DNA from: Eledone cirrhosa
Lineage: Eukaryota
Direction of reading: 5' to 3'
NCBI GenBank assembly: GCA_964016885.1
Contig: OZ024740.1
Location: 155,186,001-155,250,000 of the forward strand
Length of the DNA stretch: 64,000 nucleotides
In this document: in pieces, positions 1-64,000 of the stretch
Layout of the letters: each line of letters starts with the position of its first letter
Position numbering within the stretch: the stretch's first letter is position 1
The notes under the pieces: model-generated
Told to the model about the DNA's origin: nothing
Databases searched by the model: none
The model's input: the letters and a program-made list of their open reading frames with translations, nothing else
Made by a program: the position numbers and the translations under genes

Positions 1-689
1 CTGGATCCTTGTTCATATCTACAGACACCCTATAAGAAGTAATAAGAGCAAAACTGTTCTATTTAACAGCACATTTGTATGAGATATCACTACTGTTGTT
101 TTTGTGGCAACAAATAAAAGTCACCTTTGGTACTGATAGAGTAATTTATTTTATTTTGAAATATTTGCAAGTCTGTACAAAATATTTGTGTTTATATTTT
201 CTCTTTTATGTGGTGTCTAGAATGATATTTTAATTTTGTTTTGGTGTTAAAAGATAACTGAAGTCCAACCACATTGAAATAATACAGTCTTTATAAAATT
301 ACTTTTCACCTCAAAAGAACAAAATAAATGCAAACAATTTATATGTACCTTCGATATGCAATGGTACACACATAAAGATGAAACTTTTCCATACTTTTAA
401 CCAGTAAATAATCCAAATTTGAGAAAGCCGAAATAAACAAAAGCTAATAACAATAACAACAACAACAATAGTAATAGTTTTCTTTATTAGCCAGTGAAGG
501 CAATCTCATATGCTATTATGTACAAAACAAGAAATGGTGAAAGGGACCAAAAAGAAGTGTGAGGTGTATTAAACAAATTAAACAAAAAAACAAAAAATGA
601 AAAGAAGGGGCAAAAGATGTACAATAAAAGTAAGGATGTTAAATGATTTATAGATACAACATACAAACAGGCAGTATCAGTAGAGGGTC

Positions 690-1740
690 GGACGCCATGC
701 TTTGCAACAAAGAGTTACGACCCTTTATGGTCTGAGTTCAAATCCCACCTAGGTTAATTTTGCCTTTCATCCTTACGGGGTCGATAAAATAAAGTACCAG
801 TGGTACACTGGGATAATTGCTGGCCTTGTGCCAAAAGTAGAAACAATTATTAAAATAATATATAGTAAAAACACATAAGTAAAACAAGATTTTATAATAA
901 TAGTAACGGTTTCTAACATTGGCACAAGGCCTCATTTGCACTTACAGATAGAAGTATAGTTGATTTAATCAACACCAATACTTCAGTGGTACTTTATTTT
1001 ATCGACCCTGGAATGATAAATGCAATGTTGACCTTTGAGGGATTTGAACTCAGGATGTAAAGTGATGTAATCAAATACTGCTAGACATTTTTACTATATT
1101 TATCATCATTTATGCATGAACCTGCCAATCAGCTGACCTAGTAATTAAATAATGATTGTTTCTACTTTTGGCACAAGGCCAGCAATTTGAGGGAGGGGAA
1201 AGTTGATTAAATTGAATATAGTCAGTTACTTGTACTTTATTTTATCAACTCCATAAGGATGAAAGGCAAAGATAGATTTGAACTCAGAACATAAAGGGCT
1301 GTAACTATATGCCACAAAGACAGTTGTCCGACGCTCTACTGATACTGCCAATTCACTGCCATAATTGTTTCTGATTTAGGCACAAGGCCAACAATTTTAG
1401 GGAGAGGAGAATTGATTAAATCGATCCCAGAGTGTTACTGGTACTTTATTTTATCGACCCTGTAAAGATGAAAGGCAACGCTAACCTCAACAGGGACATA
1501 ACTATATGCCACAAAGCATGTTGTCCGATGCTCTACCAATACTACTATAATGATAATTTCTGATTTAGGCACAAAGCCAACAATTTGAAGGGGGAGAGGA
1601 ATGTCGATTAAATCAACCCCAGTGTATTACTGGTGCTTTATTTTATTGATCCTGTAAGGATGAAAGGCAAAGCTAACCTCGGCAGGGACATAGCTATATG
1701 CCTCAAAGCATGTTGTCCAACGCACTATCAACACTACCAT
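690..1740. mobile_element. Cluster of tRNA-derived SINEs (one on +, about 4-5 tandem ~185-bp copies on -)
   Basis: B-box-like gagttcaaatcc, shared core gcctttcatccttacggggtcgataaaataaagtaccag and tail ggccttgtgcc..aagtagaaacaatt recur throughout the window. Confidence 0.8.
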
Positions 1741-2080
1741 AATAATAATAATAATAATAAAAATAATAATAAGTATTGCTTTGTTGTGAACATTAACGAA
1801 TAATGTTTGTGCTTTTTAAATGTTTTCAAAATCTGTCTAGATTTTTCGTTTTTATTTCCTTTTTTGAAGAACCATACAGAAATGACTGACATGAAAATTT
1901 TCCATAGTCTCAATCCAATATATCAGTTAAATAAAAGTATATTTGGCAAGTAATTCTTACAAAAATAGATATTTAGGCTTTGTGTGTGTGACATATTCCT
2001 TTTCACAGTAGTTCAGACCTTTAAAATAAGGTGTAGAAATCATTCACTTTTTTCATATCACAGATAAACTGATTCGCTGT

Positions 2081-63365
<61,285 letters not shown>

Positions 63366-63584
63366 CTACGGAGATTTCTTTTACTAATAAGTGTGTCAAC
63401 ACCCATGAGAATATAATGTAAAAAAACAGAGAGAGAGAAAGAAGAAATGAAGTACAAACACACACTCACATACATAAACACATGCACATGTGTGTGTGTG
63501 TATATATATATATATATGTTCAGATCTAGCTGTCAAAACAGCCGAAGCTCAGCTGTTGGGGTCCTGAATCTTTATTTATTTATA

Positions 63585-64000
63585 TCATCATCATCATCAT
63601 CACCGTTTTACGTCCGTTCTTCCACGCTAGCATGGGTTAGACGGGTTGTCCTGTTGTGGGCAGTGTCTGGTCGGCTGACCATGCCTTGCTCATACAGGAA
63701 CTGATTTGGCTTGATTTCTACAGCTGGATGCCCTTCCTAACACCAACCTCATTTACAGTGAGTGCTGGGTGCTTTTTCGTGGCGCCTACACGTCCACTTT
63801 ACAGTGTGGGCTGGGTGCTTTTTTGCCGTGGCACCTCCACGACCACCTTGCAGTGGGGGGTGTGGGGGCATATTGTCTATATGCTTCAGCTTGTACCCAT
63901 GGGAGGTCGGGTACTCTGTATTACTGCGTGACGCCAGAGGTCACGGTCATGTGTCATTGTCTTTGAGAGGTGTAATTGGGTAAGGTCGGCTTTTATCACC
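63585..64000 (-). mobile_element. RTE 3' end, near-identical to 9580-9993
   Basis: Reverse complement of the 3' end of the 6590-9993 element. Confidence 0.9.

Noticed and set aside
690-860. tRNA gene
   Set aside because: Only a B-box-like remnant within a SINE head; no cloverleaf

Overview
AT-rich, repeat-saturated animal DNA. The repeat types (RTE and CR1 LINEs, tRNA-derived SINEs, TA/ATC microsatellites) suggest a coleoid cephalopod, probably Octopus; this is an inference. One protein-coding gene runs on the minus strand across almost the whole window. I reconstructed by hand 10 phase-consistent GT-AG exons (63365 to 2081; 1776 nt, 591 aa plus stop; 5' part lies beyond the window). They encode a very hydrophobic multi-pass membrane protein whose motifs resemble plant NO EXINE FORMATION 1 (NEF1). 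The introns, especially the 32.9 kb one, hold RTE LINEs with a PHD-type finger inside the RT, nested CR1-type LINEs, a Tc1/mariner IR/DR transposon, hAT and piggyBac-like MITEs, CRE-like and Penelope-like fragments, a probable solo LTR and a Helitron-like element. Three further signals stand out: (1) about 8 long near-perfect palindromes, mostly beside (TA)n tracts, several carrying type I hammerhead ribozyme motifs; (2) a ~1.9 kb array that, in the pre-mRNA sense, repeats an acceptor-CAG-donor-like unit resembling the adjacent real splice donor; (3) kb-scale inverted RTE pairs that could form intronic dsRNA. No prokaryotic genes or CRISPR arrays are present.
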